Shown here: positions 1 to 10,064 of the stretch, piece after piece
Layout of the letters: the number at the start of each line of letters is the position of its first letter
Position numbering within the stretch: the first letter of the stretch is position 1
Assembly: GCA_035389045.1 (NCBI GenBank)
Contig: DAOORA010000032.1
Coordinates: 1-47,697 of the forward strand
Direction: 5' to 3'
Source: Bacteroidales bacterium
GTDB lineage: Bacteria > Bacteroidota > Bacteroidia > Bacteroidales > CAIWKO01
Length of the DNA: 47,697 bases
The notes under the pieces: generated by a model
Databases searched by the model: none
Told to the model about the DNA's origin: nothing
Seen by the model: the letters and a program-made list of their open reading frames with translations, nothing else
Made by a program: the position numbers and the translations under genes

Positions 1-153
1 TTAAACAAGCTCACGGTTCAAAGTATAATTGGAAGACTTCTTTTCTTTTTGAGAGCTACATTTATTGTTTCATTGGTGATATTTATATCTGCACTGTTAT
101 AAAGAAATTTTTCATAATGGGATTGGTCAGAGATACTGCTATATCTGCCAATA

Positions 154-2271
154 TTATCTCTGAATTATTAATTTTTGTTTTTTCGTCCATTCGTTGGATA
201 TGATTTCAATTACATAAACACCGATTCTCAGATCACCTGTTAATATTTGTGTCTGGCCTGATTTGATGTGTTCCGTCCGTACCAATATCCCCGACAGATT
301 ATAAATATTCAGTTTTATGTGAGCATTATTGAAACTGTTAGTTTTCACAGTGACAAGATCGGAAGCAGGGTTAGGGAAGACAGTGAATAGCTCATCAATA
401 ATATTTTCATTGACCCCTGCAGGTTCCTTTGTCATTTTTAGGATTATTCCTGCATAACCGACTGCATAGCCTGTATTAGCGCCGATAAAAAACACAGAAT
501 ATAACGAACTGGTTATTCCAATGTTATCTTCGATCCAGGAGGTGCCGGCATCTGAGGTTCTTAATACGGTGCCGCCTCCGCTCACAACCCAGCCATGATT
601 TGCATCGGTGAAAATGACAGATTGTAAACTGTGGCCAACTCCTCCTTGTTGTAAGTTCCATGTCAGGCCTGCGTCGGTCGTTTTTATTATGGTTCCGTAT
701 CGTCCCACGGCATACCCCGTGAGAACATCCGTGAAATAAACAGACAGCAGGTCATGGTAAATGCCGCTTGCCTGAACGTTCCAGTTAGCACCACCATTAT
801 TAGTTTTTAAGATCTTGCCAAAATTACCAACGGCATATCCGGTATCAACGCTGGTGAAAAAAACTGATCTCAGATCGTTTGAAATCCCGCTTAACTGCGG
901 GATCCAGGTAGCGCCTCCGTCTGTGGTTTTTAATATTCTTCCGTAGTCACCAACGATATAGCCGATAGTGGTGCTGGGGAAATATACCGAATATAAAATA
1001 CTGGACGACTGGTCTCTGAGCATGACCCAGGTTGTTCCGCCATTTACCGTTTTGAAGATCACACCAGTTTCAGTATATATACAATTGTCGCCTCCCACGG
1101 CATAACCGGTATCGGTATTGACGAAAAAAACCGAATTCAGGTCGCAGATAGGCGCCCATGGCTTTGTGGAGCCTAATTCTGCCCAGTTTGCGCCACCATC
1201 TGTTGTTTTTAAACAGGTTGACCGGTTACCCACCGCATAACCCGTATTTTCATCAGTGAAATACGTAGAATTTAAATGCTGGTTAGTGACCGGATTGGTC
1301 TGTTGAACCCAGTTCAAACCGGCATCAGTAGTTTTAAGAATGGATCCGCCAACTCCGGCAGTCCAGGCGGTATTGTCATCTGTAAAAAAAATGGATTTGA
1401 TGCCAAGCATGGTGATACCTGTTATTGCCGTCCAGTTTATGCCTCCGTCGGTGGTTTTCCAGATTCTGCCATACACACTTTCTGCAGCATAACCGGTATC
1501 TGAACTGGTAAAATACACCGTGTTGAAAAGTTCTGTACATGCACATGACTGAACCGTCCAGTTTGCACCGGCATCAACTGTTTTTAGCAGTGTTCCACTC
1601 TGACCGACAACATATCCGGAATCAGCATCCGTGAAATGAACTGATTGTAAAACGCCAATATTTCCTGCGGTTTGAGGAACCCAAGTAGTTCCGGCATCGG
1701 TTGTCTTATATATTATTCCATAATAAGTAGCCGTGCTAAAACCAACAGCATAACCGGTATGAGCATCCGTGAAAAAAACTGAATTAAAAAAATCTGTGGT
1801 GTTGGTTGTATGTACCGTCCAGTTTAAGCCGGCATTAATCGTTTTTAATATTTTACCATTAATACCTGCAGCGTAACCGGTATCAGCAGATATAAAATAG
1901 ACTGAATTCAGATTATCTGTTGTATTCAAGTTGCTTATCAGCAAGGTCCAGGTTGTACCACCGTTGATTGTCTTTATAATTTTACCCATTCCGCCAACAG
2001 CATAACCTGTGTTTGCATTGGTAAAAAAAACAGAAGTAAGATATGTGTTTATTCCGCTGTTTTGTATGGCCCAGGTGGTTCCGCCATTGCTTGTTTTCAT
2101 AACGGTTCCCATACCTCCTACGGCATAGCCCGTATTGGGATCAGAGAAATATACAGAGTTCAGGTCATTACCCTGTGGCAGGGGATGCTGAATTTCCCAT
2201 GTGCCGGGCTGGGCCTCAGAATAACTGATGATTACAAAAATTAAACTGATAAGGAGTAGTGCTTTTTTCAT
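154..2271 (-). CDS. Secreted YCF48/BNR (Asp-box-like) beta-propeller repeat protein with T9SS type A C-terminal sorting domain
   Basis: N-terminal signal peptide. 14 repeats of the form L.SV.F.D..TGYAVG..G.I.KT.DGG.TW. C-terminal VFPNPASD...GVYVIEI...KKQKLIIQR is typical of a T9SS CTD. Confidence 0.9.
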   Translation of the reverse strand: MKKALLLISLIFVIISYSEAQPGTWEIQHPLPQGNDLNSVYFSDPNTGYAVGGMGTVMKTSNGGTTWAIQNSGINTYLTSVFFTNANTGYAVGGMGKIIKTINGGTTWTLLISNLNTTDNLNSVYFISADTGYAAGINGKILKTINAGLNWTVHTTNTTDFFNSVFFTDAHTGYAVGFSTATYYGIIYKTTDAGTTWVPQTAGNIGVLQSVHFTDADSGYVVGQSGTLLKTVDAGANWTVQSCACTELFNTVYFTSSDTGYAAESVYGRIWKTTDGGINWTAITGITMLGIKSIFFTDDNTAWTAGVGGSILKTTDAGLNWVQQTNPVTNQHLNSTYFTDENTGYAVGNRSTCLKTTDGGANWAELGSTKPWAPICDLNSVFFVNTDTGYAVGGDNCIYTETGVIFKTVNGGTTWVMLRDQSSSILYSVYFPSTTIGYIVGDYGRILKTTDGGATWIPQLSGISNDLRSVFFTSVDTGYAVGNFGKILKTNNGGANWNVQASGIYHDLLSVYFTDVLTGYAVGRYGTIIKTTDAGLTWNLQQGGVGHSLQSVIFTDANHGWVVSGGGTVLRTSDAGTSWIEDNIGITSSLYSVFFIGANTGYAVGYAGIILKMTKEPAGVNENIIDELFTVFPNPASDLVTVKTNSFNNAHIKLNIYNLSGILVRTEHIKSGQTQILTGDLRIGVYVIEIISNEWTKKQKLIIQR

Positions 2272-2400
2272 TTTATGGCTGTTTCTTTTTAATGTGGCGA
2301 AATAGTTATTTAAAAATTGTTTTGATTTTGCTGGAATATATTACTCAATTATATATTGCTTCAAAATGTCACTTTAAATCGTCCCCCTTTATAGCATAGT

Positions 2401-2481
2401 GTGTCGAAGAGTGACAATCCCGGTCTACTTCGACACGATTCTTTTTCCACTTTCGTTCAAAGAGAACCGGCTCAGCCTGAC
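2401..2481. repeat. REP-like nested palindromic element
   Basis: GTGTCGAAG...CTTCGACAC inverted repeat (2401-2436), then an imperfect hairpin CGATTCTTTTT...AAAGAGAACCG and GCTCAGCCTGAC. It resembles GCTGAGC/GTCGAAG-type intergenic repeats. Confidence 0.4.
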
Positions 2482-2556
2482 CAGACAAACCTTTTGATAT
2501 GTTGCTTTTTGAAAAATTCAAAACAGTTTCTTAGAATTAATTTTATCTGCCTAATG

Positions 2557-3453
2557 TTATTTACGTGGTTTTTTAAAAAAGTCGGCAAAATAAAGAAACT
2601 GGTATTGTAATGCATTACTCCAGTATTCTCTTGTATGTTCGCCGGGCCTTTCAATATAATCATGTTTGATATTTAATTTAAGCATTTTCTCGTGAAGTTG
2701 CCTGTTTACATCAATAAAGAAATCATCGACACCGCAGTCGATAATCATTTCCGGCCGGTTGTCTTTGACTTGTGATAACTGATATATTATTGTGTTTTTT
2801 TCCCAGTTTTCGGGAAATCGTTCAATAGCACCGAGACGTTCGGTTAAATCCCAGTTAGTGTAAAACGGACGGAAATCCACGCCACCGCTCATGCTTCCGC
2901 AGGCGCCGAAAATATCCTGATGCCGTATCGCCAGATACAAAGCTCCGTATCCTCCCATGCTTAATCCGGTTATGGCACGGCCTTCATGGCTTTTTACCGT
3001 ATTGAAAGCGCTGTCGATGAAAACCACCAGTTCTTTGGAGATATATGTTTCGTATTTCATTGACGGATCAACTGGACTATCCAGGTACCAGCTTGAAAAA
3101 CCTCCGTCAGTGCCAATAATTATCATATTATACTGGTCGGCAAATTGCAGAACTTCCGGAAAAAAATTTATATAAGTTGCATAATTTCCGCCGTAACCGT
3201 GCAAAAGATAAAGGACAGGATAGGGGAGACCTGTATTGTTGTAATTAAGGGGAGTGATCACACAGGTACTGATATTTTTATTCATTGAGGGGCTGTGTAC
3301 TGTCAGGGTATCAACATGCGCCGCATTCAGCGATAATGCGCTGATTATGAAGGTTACAGCTATTAATAAATGAAAATGAAATTTCAAAGAATAATAGTTC
3401 ACGGAGATGTTTTTTTTATTCAACAGCCGCATTGATTTCATGTTTGCAAACAC
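2557..3453 (-). CDS. Alpha/beta-hydrolase esterase (putative esterase / FrmB-XynC-like family), probably exported
   Basis: YPVLYLLHG, nucleophile elbow GLSMGG, DCGVDD and PGEH catalytic motifs. Hydrophobic N-terminal segment; the true start may be downstream. Confidence 0.88.
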   Translation of the reverse strand: MFANMKSMRLLNKKNISVNYYSLKFHFHLLIAVTFIISALSLNAAHVDTLTVHSPSMNKNISTCVITPLNYNNTGLPYPVLYLLHGYGGNYATYINFFPEVLQFADQYNMIIIGTDGGFSSWYLDSPVDPSMKYETYISKELVVFIDSAFNTVKSHEGRAITGLSMGGYGALYLAIRHQDIFGACGSMSGGVDFRPFYTNWDLTERLGAIERFPENWEKNTIIYQLSQVKDNRPEMIIDCGVDDFFIDVNRQLHEKMLKLNIKHDYIERPGEHTREYWSNALQYQFLYFADFFKKPRK

Positions 3454-4049
3454 TATTTATCAGCACTTTCAAGTATCAGTTTTACCACATCATAACTAAC
3501 TGCATCGAACATGTCTTCCACGTTGTTGGTGTAATCAGAGTTATGGCTCATAATGGCATCTTTGACCATAAACGCTTTGTAATCGTTGTTTTGGGCGCCG
3601 ATCCATGTCGCCAGCACACAACCCACTGCGCTTAATCCGCACAGGAATAAGGTATTGCTTCCCTGTTCTTTGATAACATTGTCCAGATCGGTTTTATTAA
3701 AGCCATCACCGTATGTTTTTATTATTTTCGGGTCGTCGGCTTTTATCAATACCGAAGCCGGAAATTCAAACAGTTCCGTACCCGGTGCAGGGCCGGATTC
3801 TTTATCGTGATGGTATATCCTGATAACCGGATAGCCGTGTTTCCGGAAAAGTTCGATCAGCCCGTTAATGTAATACAAAGCCACTTCTTTCTCCCTTTCA
3901 GGAACCATCTTCAGGTATACGTTTTGAATGTCAATTATAAGAAGTGCCGGTTTAATTTGTGATTTGGCCTGTCCTTTTGTATCCTGCGAAAATGCATGGC
4001 CTGAACAGGCAACCAACAGGAAGGCAATAATCATAGATATTTTTTTCAT
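3453..4049 (-). CDS. Isochorismatase-family cysteine hydrolase with signal peptide
   Basis: ALLIIDIQN (Asp), IIKTYGDGF (Lys) and GLSAVGCV (Cys) form the catalytic triad pattern. Confidence 0.88.
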   Translation of the reverse strand: MKKISMIIAFLLVACSGHAFSQDTKGQAKSQIKPALLIIDIQNVYLKMVPEREKEVALYYINGLIELFRKHGYPVIRIYHHDKESGPAPGTELFEFPASVLIKADDPKIIKTYGDGFNKTDLDNVIKEQGSNTLFLCGLSAVGCVLATWIGAQNNDYKAFMVKDAIMSHNSDYTNNVEDMFDAVSYDVVKLILESADK

Positions 4050-4050
4050 T

Positions 4051-4584
4051 TCAATGTGTTTTGGATTTATTACTTTTTTTTAATTTAATAGTAACATATT
4101 CCCAGGGCATGTTGTCCGTATCGCCTTCAAAGTTATTGAAAAAATCCTCAGGTGATTTAAGGATAATTCTTTTTCTGCATTGAAAATGGACAACTCCTCC
4201 GCAGACATGGCTTTTATTGGTATAAAAATGTTTTTTATCATCCATGGCAATTGTAATATCACCTACTTCGGGATTGGAGTGTGCGGAAGACGAAATTAAA
4301 CAGATCCATCGGGCATTTTCAAGTTTTATCCAGCCGGAATCTTTTAACCGGAAGGAAAACATAAAATAGTCTTCAAAAACATTAGTAACAGGTTTAAGCA
4401 ATCCTGACAACGTGTCAGGGATGAAATCAATCATACGTGATGCCGTTTGCTCCAGCCATTTTTGTTGTATGGCAGGGCTGAATTTAGCAGTGTCTGTGTG
4501 TTGTGCCGTTACTTCATTAAACTTAATAAACAGCGATGCAAGGAGATAAATGAATATCAGAAAAAGTCGGTGGTAATTTGACAT
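4051..4584 (-). CDS. Hypothetical exported protein
   Basis: 177-aa ORF packed tightly between its neighbours. Signal-peptide-like N-terminus ending VTA-Q. No family recognised. Confidence 0.7.
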   Translation of the reverse strand: MSNYHRLFLIFIYLLASLFIKFNEVTAQHTDTAKFSPAIQQKWLEQTASRMIDFIPDTLSGLLKPVTNVFEDYFMFSFRLKDSGWIKLENARWICLISSSAHSNPEVGDITIAMDDKKHFYTNKSHVCGGVVHFQCRKRIILKSPEDFFNNFEGDTDNMPWEYVTIKLKKSNKSKTH

Positions 4585-4587
4585 ACA

Positions 4588-5565
4588 CTATTTTATTTTT
4601 TTTAATGGTCTTTTTTTGATCATACCGCCTCTTGCATCTTTAATACTGTGCATGACAAGAAACGCATTTTTATCGATTTTATCCACTTCCGTCTGGAGTT
4701 TGCTAAGTTCGAGCCTTGTAATCAAAGTATAGACAATATCCGTTTCTTTTAATTTTTCGCCACGGGCGGCATAACCTTTTTTTCCTGTGTATAAGGTACA
4801 TCCTCTTCCGAGGTTTTCGATCACCGCCATCCGGATATCTTCACTAAAATCCGAGATGATGGTCACACCAATATATTCTTCTATGCCATCAACAATAAAA
4901 TCAACGGTCTTGGAAGCGGCAAAATACGTCAATATAGCGTAAAGCGCTGTCTCTACCGACAGAATGATTGCGGCAACAGAAAATATTATGATATTAAATA
5001 TCAGGATTATATCACCAATGCTGATGGGAAGTTTACGGCTGAGGAATACGGCAAGTACTTCGGTGCCATCAAGTACGGAGCCTCCCCTTATGGCAAGGCC
5101 TATGCCCAATCCCAGGAAGAATCCCCCGAAGAGCGCCACCAGAAGTTTGTCGGACGTCACAGCGGGGTAAGGAATGACCTGAACAGCCAGTGCAAGCATT
5201 ACGATAGCTAAGATACTACGATAGGCAAATTGTTTGCTGACGCTTGAAAAACCGAGTATCAGAAAGGGAAGGTTAATTATGATCAGCAGCAGCGACAACG
5301 GAAGACCGGAAACAGTGGAAATGATGAGCGAAATACCTGTAACACCTCCGTCGATGAAATCAATGGGCATCAGAAACCCTTTTAATCCAAAACTGGCAGA
5401 AATTACACCAAGAAGTATAAAAAAGAAACCTTTTATAAACTGTTGAATTTCAATTTTGGCGTATTTTTGTTCTTTCCTGACTAAGGAAGGCGAAGGCTTG
5501 ATTTTTTTTCGCCGGATATTGTAGCGGGTTGCTTCGGTTATGATGTACTGAAATATTGATTTCAT
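4588..5565 (-). CDS. YitT family membrane protein (DUF161/DUF2179)
   Basis: FIDGGVTGISL, INLPF and GGSVLDGTE motifs; C-terminal GRGCT...DKNAF domain. Confidence 0.9.
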   Translation of the reverse strand: MKSIFQYIITEATRYNIRRKKIKPSPSLVRKEQKYAKIEIQQFIKGFFFILLGVISASFGLKGFLMPIDFIDGGVTGISLIISTVSGLPLSLLLIIINLPFLILGFSSVSKQFAYRSILAIVMLALAVQVIPYPAVTSDKLLVALFGGFFLGLGIGLAIRGGSVLDGTEVLAVFLSRKLPISIGDIILIFNIIIFSVAAIILSVETALYAILTYFAASKTVDFIVDGIEEYIGVTIISDFSEDIRMAVIENLGRGCTLYTGKKGYAARGEKLKETDIVYTLITRLELSKLQTEVDKIDKNAFLVMHSIKDARGGMIKKRPLKKIK

Positions 5566-6233
5566 TTATGATTATTTAGTGTTTCAAGTATTTGGTCCGA
5601 TTCCATAGTTATGATTCCTGACTTTGTTGATTTTGCGCATAGCACCATGGCTTCGGCCACCTTTGCGGCATCTATGCCCCGGTATTTTTTCATTGAACCG
5701 ATAAATAAAAAACCAAAAACCTTCATAAACCCTTTCCCCATCAGTTCGCCGAAACGGAATTCCTGTCTTTTACCCATCAGCATCGACGGCCTTAAAATAA
5801 TCAGTCCGTTCTTACATACTTTTTTCAGGTCTTCTTCAACTTTGCCTTTGGTACGCAGGTAAAAGTTTCCGGAGTTACTGTTTGCCCCAATGGATGAAAT
5901 GTACACAAATTTTTCTGCCACTGACCGTGCGGCCATTTCAGCGACAGTAATTACGTAATCATGGTCGGCCTTATAAAAATTTTGCTGGCTTCCTGCTTTT
6001 TTTATGGTGGTGCCAAGGCAGCAAAAAACATGCTGTGCATCAGTGTTGCCAATAGTTTCAATCGCATTGAAATCAATGATCTTCTCGATGAGTTTGGGGT
6101 GCACAATTCCGGTGGATTTGCGTACCCATATCTCTACTTCCTTGTAAAAGTAGTCCTTCAGTAAAAGCCGGAGGCAATGTCCGCCGGTCAGTCCGCTTGC
6201 CCCGATCAGCAGGGCTTTCATGTTAGTTTCCAT
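5562..6233 (-). CDS. NAD(P)-binding oxidoreductase, TIP30/YraR-like
   Basis: GASGLTG Rossmann motif, FCCLGTTIKKAGS, FYLRTKG, RPSML. Confidence 0.88.
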   Translation of the reverse strand: METNMKALLIGASGLTGGHCLRLLLKDYFYKEVEIWVRKSTGIVHPKLIEKIIDFNAIETIGNTDAQHVFCCLGTTIKKAGSQQNFYKADHDYVITVAEMAARSVAEKFVYISSIGANSNSGNFYLRTKGKVEEDLKKVCKNGLIILRPSMLMGKRQEFRFGELMGKGFMKVFGFLFIGSMKKYRGIDAAKVAEAMVLCAKSTKSGIITMESDQILETLNNHK

Positions 6234-6750
6234 CTGTATGTTTTTTGATCAGTTTATCTATTTGATCAGCAATTTCCTTTTCGGTATCCGTCTTATGTAC
6301 TTCGATAATATGTGTCGCATTATTATAATAATTTTCCCGTTCAGCAAGGGTTTGCATGATGTATGATTTCAGATTTTTTTTATCAGACAGCAACGGACGG
6401 TCGTTAAGATGATGCTGCAGGCGTTCAAAAAGGAGGTCAGGTGATAATTTTATATAAATGGTGATGCCGTTTTTATTCATGCGATCCATGTTTCCGGAGT
6501 AGCACGGAGCGCCCCCTCCGCTAGCAACGACCAGATTTTTATCAATGGTGAAAATTTCTGACAGGAGGTCCCTTTCCATTTCACGAAAGGTGCACTCTCC
6601 ATGCAGTTCAAAAAGTTTAGTTATGGTTTTACCGGATTTTTTTTTGATCAATATGTCCATGTCGAGAAAATGCCATGATAGCTTTTCTGCAAGCATACTG
6701 CCTATGATGGTTTTGCCACTACCCATAAATCCTGTAAGAAAAACCTTCAT
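6223..6750 (-). CDS. aroK: Shikimate kinase
   Basis: GFMGSGKT Walker A, GE..FRE.E, ASGGG, RPLL. Confidence 0.95.
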   Translation of the reverse strand: MKVFLTGFMGSGKTIIGSMLAEKLSWHFLDMDILIKKKSGKTITKLFELHGECTFREMERDLLSEIFTIDKNLVVASGGGAPCYSGNMDRMNKNGITIYIKLSPDLLFERLQHHLNDRPLLSDKKNLKSYIMQTLAERENYYNNATHIIEVHKTDTEKEIADQIDKLIKKHTDGN

Positions 6751-6767
6751 GATGTTTTACTGATTTC

Positions 6768-6775
6768 CAAAGTTA
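6768..6775 (-). promoter_or_regulatory. Bacteroidota -7 promoter element for the aroK run
   Basis: TAACTTTG (TAnnTTTG consensus) on the minus strand, just upstream of aroK. Confidence 0.55.
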
Positions 6776-6849
6776 GCTATTATTTAGATCATATCACTTC
6801 GTTTTTTTTGCGATATGGATAAGACCGGAAATTTCAATTTTAATAATAC

Positions 6850-6857
6850 TATCTTTG
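6850..6857 (+). promoter_or_regulatory. Bacteroidota -7 promoter element for the polysaccharide locus
   Basis: TATCTTTG (TAnnTTTG) about 50 bp upstream of the 6905 ATG. Confidence 0.6.
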
Positions 6858-6904
6858 TGATATGATTTCATATTATTAAGAGCCATTATAAATAATAATA
6901 TTCT

Positions 6905-8116
6905 ATGATCCCTTTTTCTCCTCCGTATATCAGTGAAGATGCCATCAGAGCAGTGGAAGAAGTTTTGAGGTCTGGCTGGATCACCACCGGACCTGTTACG
7001 AAACGTTTTGAACAGGAACTTTCTGACTATTGCAAAAACAAAAAGACTCTATGTCTTAATTCTGCAACGGCCGGGCTGGAACTTGTTCTGCGATGGTTTG
7101 GAGTAGGTGCAGGCGATGAAGTGATCATACCGGCATATACCTATTGTGCCACTGCCAATGTGGTAGTGCATTGCGGTGCGGTGCCTGTAATGGTGGATAC
7201 GAATACAGGTGATTTTAATATTTCGGTGGAGGCGATACGCCGCGCCATAAGTCCAAGAACCAAAGTGATCGTTCCGGTTGATGTTTTTGGAATACCCTGT
7301 GATTACAATGAGATCAATGACCTGGTACGGGAACCCTCTGTGATGAAATTGTTCCAGCCTCAGAATAAGGTTCAGCAAATGCTGGGGCGCATTCTGGTCA
7401 TGTCTGATGCTGCCCATTCGGTGGGAGCGACCTATCAGGGAAAAAGAACGGGAGCATTGACAGATATTTCGGTTTTTTCGTTTCATGCGGTGAAAAACCT
7501 TACGACTTCCGAGGGTGGAGCTGTTGCATTAAATCTTCCGGAGCCTTTTGACTGTGAAGAAATATACAAGCAAATGAATATGTTGAGTTTGCACGGGCAA
7601 AGCAAAGATGCCCTGGCAAAGACCATAAAGAAAGGCTGGAGGTATGATGTGCTCGAAGCCGGCTATAAAATGAATATGACCGATATTCTTGCAGCCATCG
7701 GATCGTCTCAATTAAAAGAATATGAACATATTATGCAGCGACGCAGACATATTTTTAACAGATATTCCAATGCCTTGAAACCTTTTGAATGGGCTGTGAT
7801 TCCTGAACATGTAACAGGCAACAAACAGTCTTCGTTTCATGTATATAACCTCAAAATAAAAGGTGCGGATGAAACACAGAGGGACAGAATTATTGATTTC
7901 ATGTTTGAAAAAGAGGTATTTGTAAATGTGCATTTTCAACCCCTGCCATTGCTGCATTTCTATAAAGAAAAGGGTTATAAAATATCTGATTTTCCAAATG
8001 CATATAAAAACTATTCATGCGAGATATCTTTGCCTGTTTTTTATAACATGACCGATGAGCAGGTTAGTGAAGTGGTAGAAACACTTATATTTGCCGTTGA
8101 AAAAATACAGGCTTGA
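6905..8116 (+). CDS. DegT/DnrJ/EryC1/StrS family PLP-dependent sugar aminotransferase
   Basis: SGWITTGP, NSATAGL, DAAHS, FSFHAVKNLTTSEGG (PLP lysine), GYKMNM. Confidence 0.95.
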   Translation: MIPFSPPYISEDAIRAVEEVLRSGWITTGPVTKRFEQELSDYCKNKKTLCLNSATAGLELVLRWFGVGAGDEVIIPAYTYCATANVVVHCGAVPVMVDTNTGDFNISVEAIRRAISPRTKVIVPVDVFGIPCDYNEINDLVREPSVMKLFQPQNKVQQMLGRILVMSDAAHSVGATYQGKRTGALTDISVFSFHAVKNLTTSEGGAVALNLPEPFDCEEIYKQMNMLSLHGQSKDALAKTIKKGWRYDVLEAGYKMNMTDILAAIGSSQLKEYEHIMQRRRHIFNRYSNALKPFEWAVIPEHVTGNKQSSFHVYNLKIKGADETQRDRIIDFMFEKEVFVNVHFQPLPLLHFYKEKGYKISDFPNAYKNYSCEISLPVFYNMTDEQVSEVVETLIFAVEKIQA

Positions 8117-8706
8117 TGTGTAAGCGGATTTTTGATATCTTTTTTGCGGTTATTGGTATTCTTACTGTTTTGCCCTTGATGGTTTTTTTATTTGTTTTGG
8201 TTGTTCTGGAAAGCAGGGGAGGATTTTTTTATGTTCAGAAAAGGGTTGGTAAAAATGGTATTGATTTCAAACTTTTGAAAATAAGGACCATGTATAAGGA
8301 TGCGGACAAGAAAGGATTGCTCACTGTTGGTGAGGATGATAAACGGATTACCCGTATTGGCCGTAGTTTACGGGCATATAAAATTGACGAATTACCTCAG
8401 TTGTTCAATATTTTATCGGGCGACATGAGTTTTGTCGGCCCGAGGCCTGAAGTCCGCAAATATGTTGATTTATATAGTAATGAGCAGTTAAGGGTTTTGT
8501 CTGTCCGGCCCGGCCTGACTGATTTTGCCTCGCTTCTGTATTATAATGAGAGTAAACTGATGGGGGGATATCAAAACTATGAAGAAGTTTATATTAAGAC
8601 CATAATGCCTCGAAAATTAAGACTTAATTTGATTTATATTAAAAAACATAATATTTGTCTTGATATGAAAATAATACTGAAAACGATACTGAAATGGTTC
8701 AGATAA
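8113..8706 (+). CDS. Initiating phosphoglycosyl transferase (Bac_transf / PglC-like)
   Basis: KRIFD, KIRTM, DELPQLFNIL.GDMSFVGPRP, RPGLT. Confidence 0.93.
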   Translation: MMCKRIFDIFFAVIGILTVLPLMVFLFVLVVLESRGGFFYVQKRVGKNGIDFKLLKIRTMYKDADKKGLLTVGEDDKRITRIGRSLRAYKIDELPQLFNILSGDMSFVGPRPEVRKYVDLYSNEQLRVLSVRPGLTDFASLLYYNESKLMGGYQNYEEVYIKTIMPRKLRLNLIYIKKHNICLDMKIILKTILKWFR

Positions 8707-10064
8707 AGGATTTGATTTCTGAAAAAGCATATGAAAGGCTTTTTCAGCTTTGGTTTCTCTGCTTTCCTTTTGGCGCTGGGTTTTTGGCATTTTCTCTGGT
8801 TTTTTTTACCATTTACCCGTTTCTGTTGTTGTCCGGGGTTTTATTTGTCCTGACTTTGTTTTTCAGGCCATTGAGAATGGATAAATTCTATTTTATTGTG
8901 CTGGGATTTTGGGGTTTCTGGCTAGCGTATGGTTTATTGCGGTTGTTTGTGCCTCCTGTAATTAACTTTAAAGATGCCATTTTTGATCTGCGGAGCCTTT
9001 TTATGTTTCTGCTTACTGTTTATATCGTTTTTCAATCAGTGAAAATACTAAGTTGGGAGAAGTTTAAAAAAAATATTGCGGATCTTTCGCTGGCGTTATT
9101 CACCGTATTTACGATCATCGGTTTTTTTGAATTTTTTACCGGCATCCATTTATTCGGAATGCACACCCTGAAAATCGTTGATCAGCCCGTTTCGAACTTC
9201 ACGTATGCCCCGGTTTTTATTTTTGACAACCCGAATAACTTTGTTACCTATTATATTTTACTGTCTCTTTTTTTGATCTTATTTAATGAAAAAATCAATA
9301 AAAATACATGGGCGATGCTGGCCCTTGTATTGCTGAATTTCTTTTTTTCATACATATCTGATGCCCGCTTAGGAAAGATTTCTGCCGGCCTGATGTTTAT
9401 TGGCGTGGTGTTTATATCCCGGTGGAAATTTAATATATGGCCTTATTTACTGGCCTTGGTATTTGCTGGGCTGTGTTTTTTATGGAATCCCTTGTTTTAT
9501 GGGCCGATGTGGAAAGATGGTGCGAAATACCAGCTGAATGAGCTGACCTGCATACAAACCGATACAATGCTGAAAATAAGTTCTGTAAAAGCACTTACTG
9601 AGCGGTATTCTGAAGATACGCTTATAGCGAAGATCAGCGCATATAAAAAATCAAAAGGGGAGTCAGGTAACACCCGTATGGGCCTGATCAAGAACGGTAT
9701 GTTTTTATGTAAACAAAGTAATTTTCTTGGCGTTGGCCCCGGGCAGTATATCAGCTATCATCGTATTAAACAGGTACCCGTAGATGTAGGAACCCAGTTA
9801 AGCGCACATTGCTGGCTTTTTGAAATTTTTTCACAGTATGGAATAATAATATTGGCAGGGTACTTAGCAATATTTTTGATTATTTCTGTCAAAGCCCTGG
9901 CAAAATTCAGAGCGACAAAGAACATGAGCGTGGTATTTCTGATGTGCATTCTGGTGTTATTTATTGTCAGTAATATCCCTTCTGCCTTCCTGTTGCTTGA
10001 TATCAACTGGATGTTTACCGCACTGCTGCTGGTATTTTATAAAAATGAATTTTCCGGCTCATGA
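8694..10064 (+). CDS. O-antigen polymerase/ligase family (Wzy_C) membrane protein
   Basis: Polytopic membrane protein with NPNNF, R...GVGPGQ and AH motifs, inside a polysaccharide locus. Confidence 0.75.
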   Translation: MVQIKDLISEKAYERLFQLWFLCFPFGAGFLAFSLVFFTIYPFLLLSGVLFVLTLFFRPLRMDKFYFIVLGFWGFWLAYGLLRLFVPPVINFKDAIFDLRSLFMFLLTVYIVFQSVKILSWEKFKKNIADLSLALFTVFTIIGFFEFFTGIHLFGMHTLKIVDQPVSNFTYAPVFIFDNPNNFVTYYILLSLFLILFNEKINKNTWAMLALVLLNFFFSYISDARLGKISAGLMFIGVVFISRWKFNIWPYLLALVFAGLCFLWNPLFYGPMWKDGAKYQLNELTCIQTDTMLKISSVKALTERYSEDTLIAKISAYKKSKGESGNTRMGLIKNGMFLCKQSNFLGVGPGQYISYHRIKQVPVDVGTQLSAHCWLFEIFSQYGIIILAGYLAIFLIISVKALAKFRATKNMSVVFLMCILVLFIVSNIPSAFLLLDINWMFTALLLVFYKNEFSGS

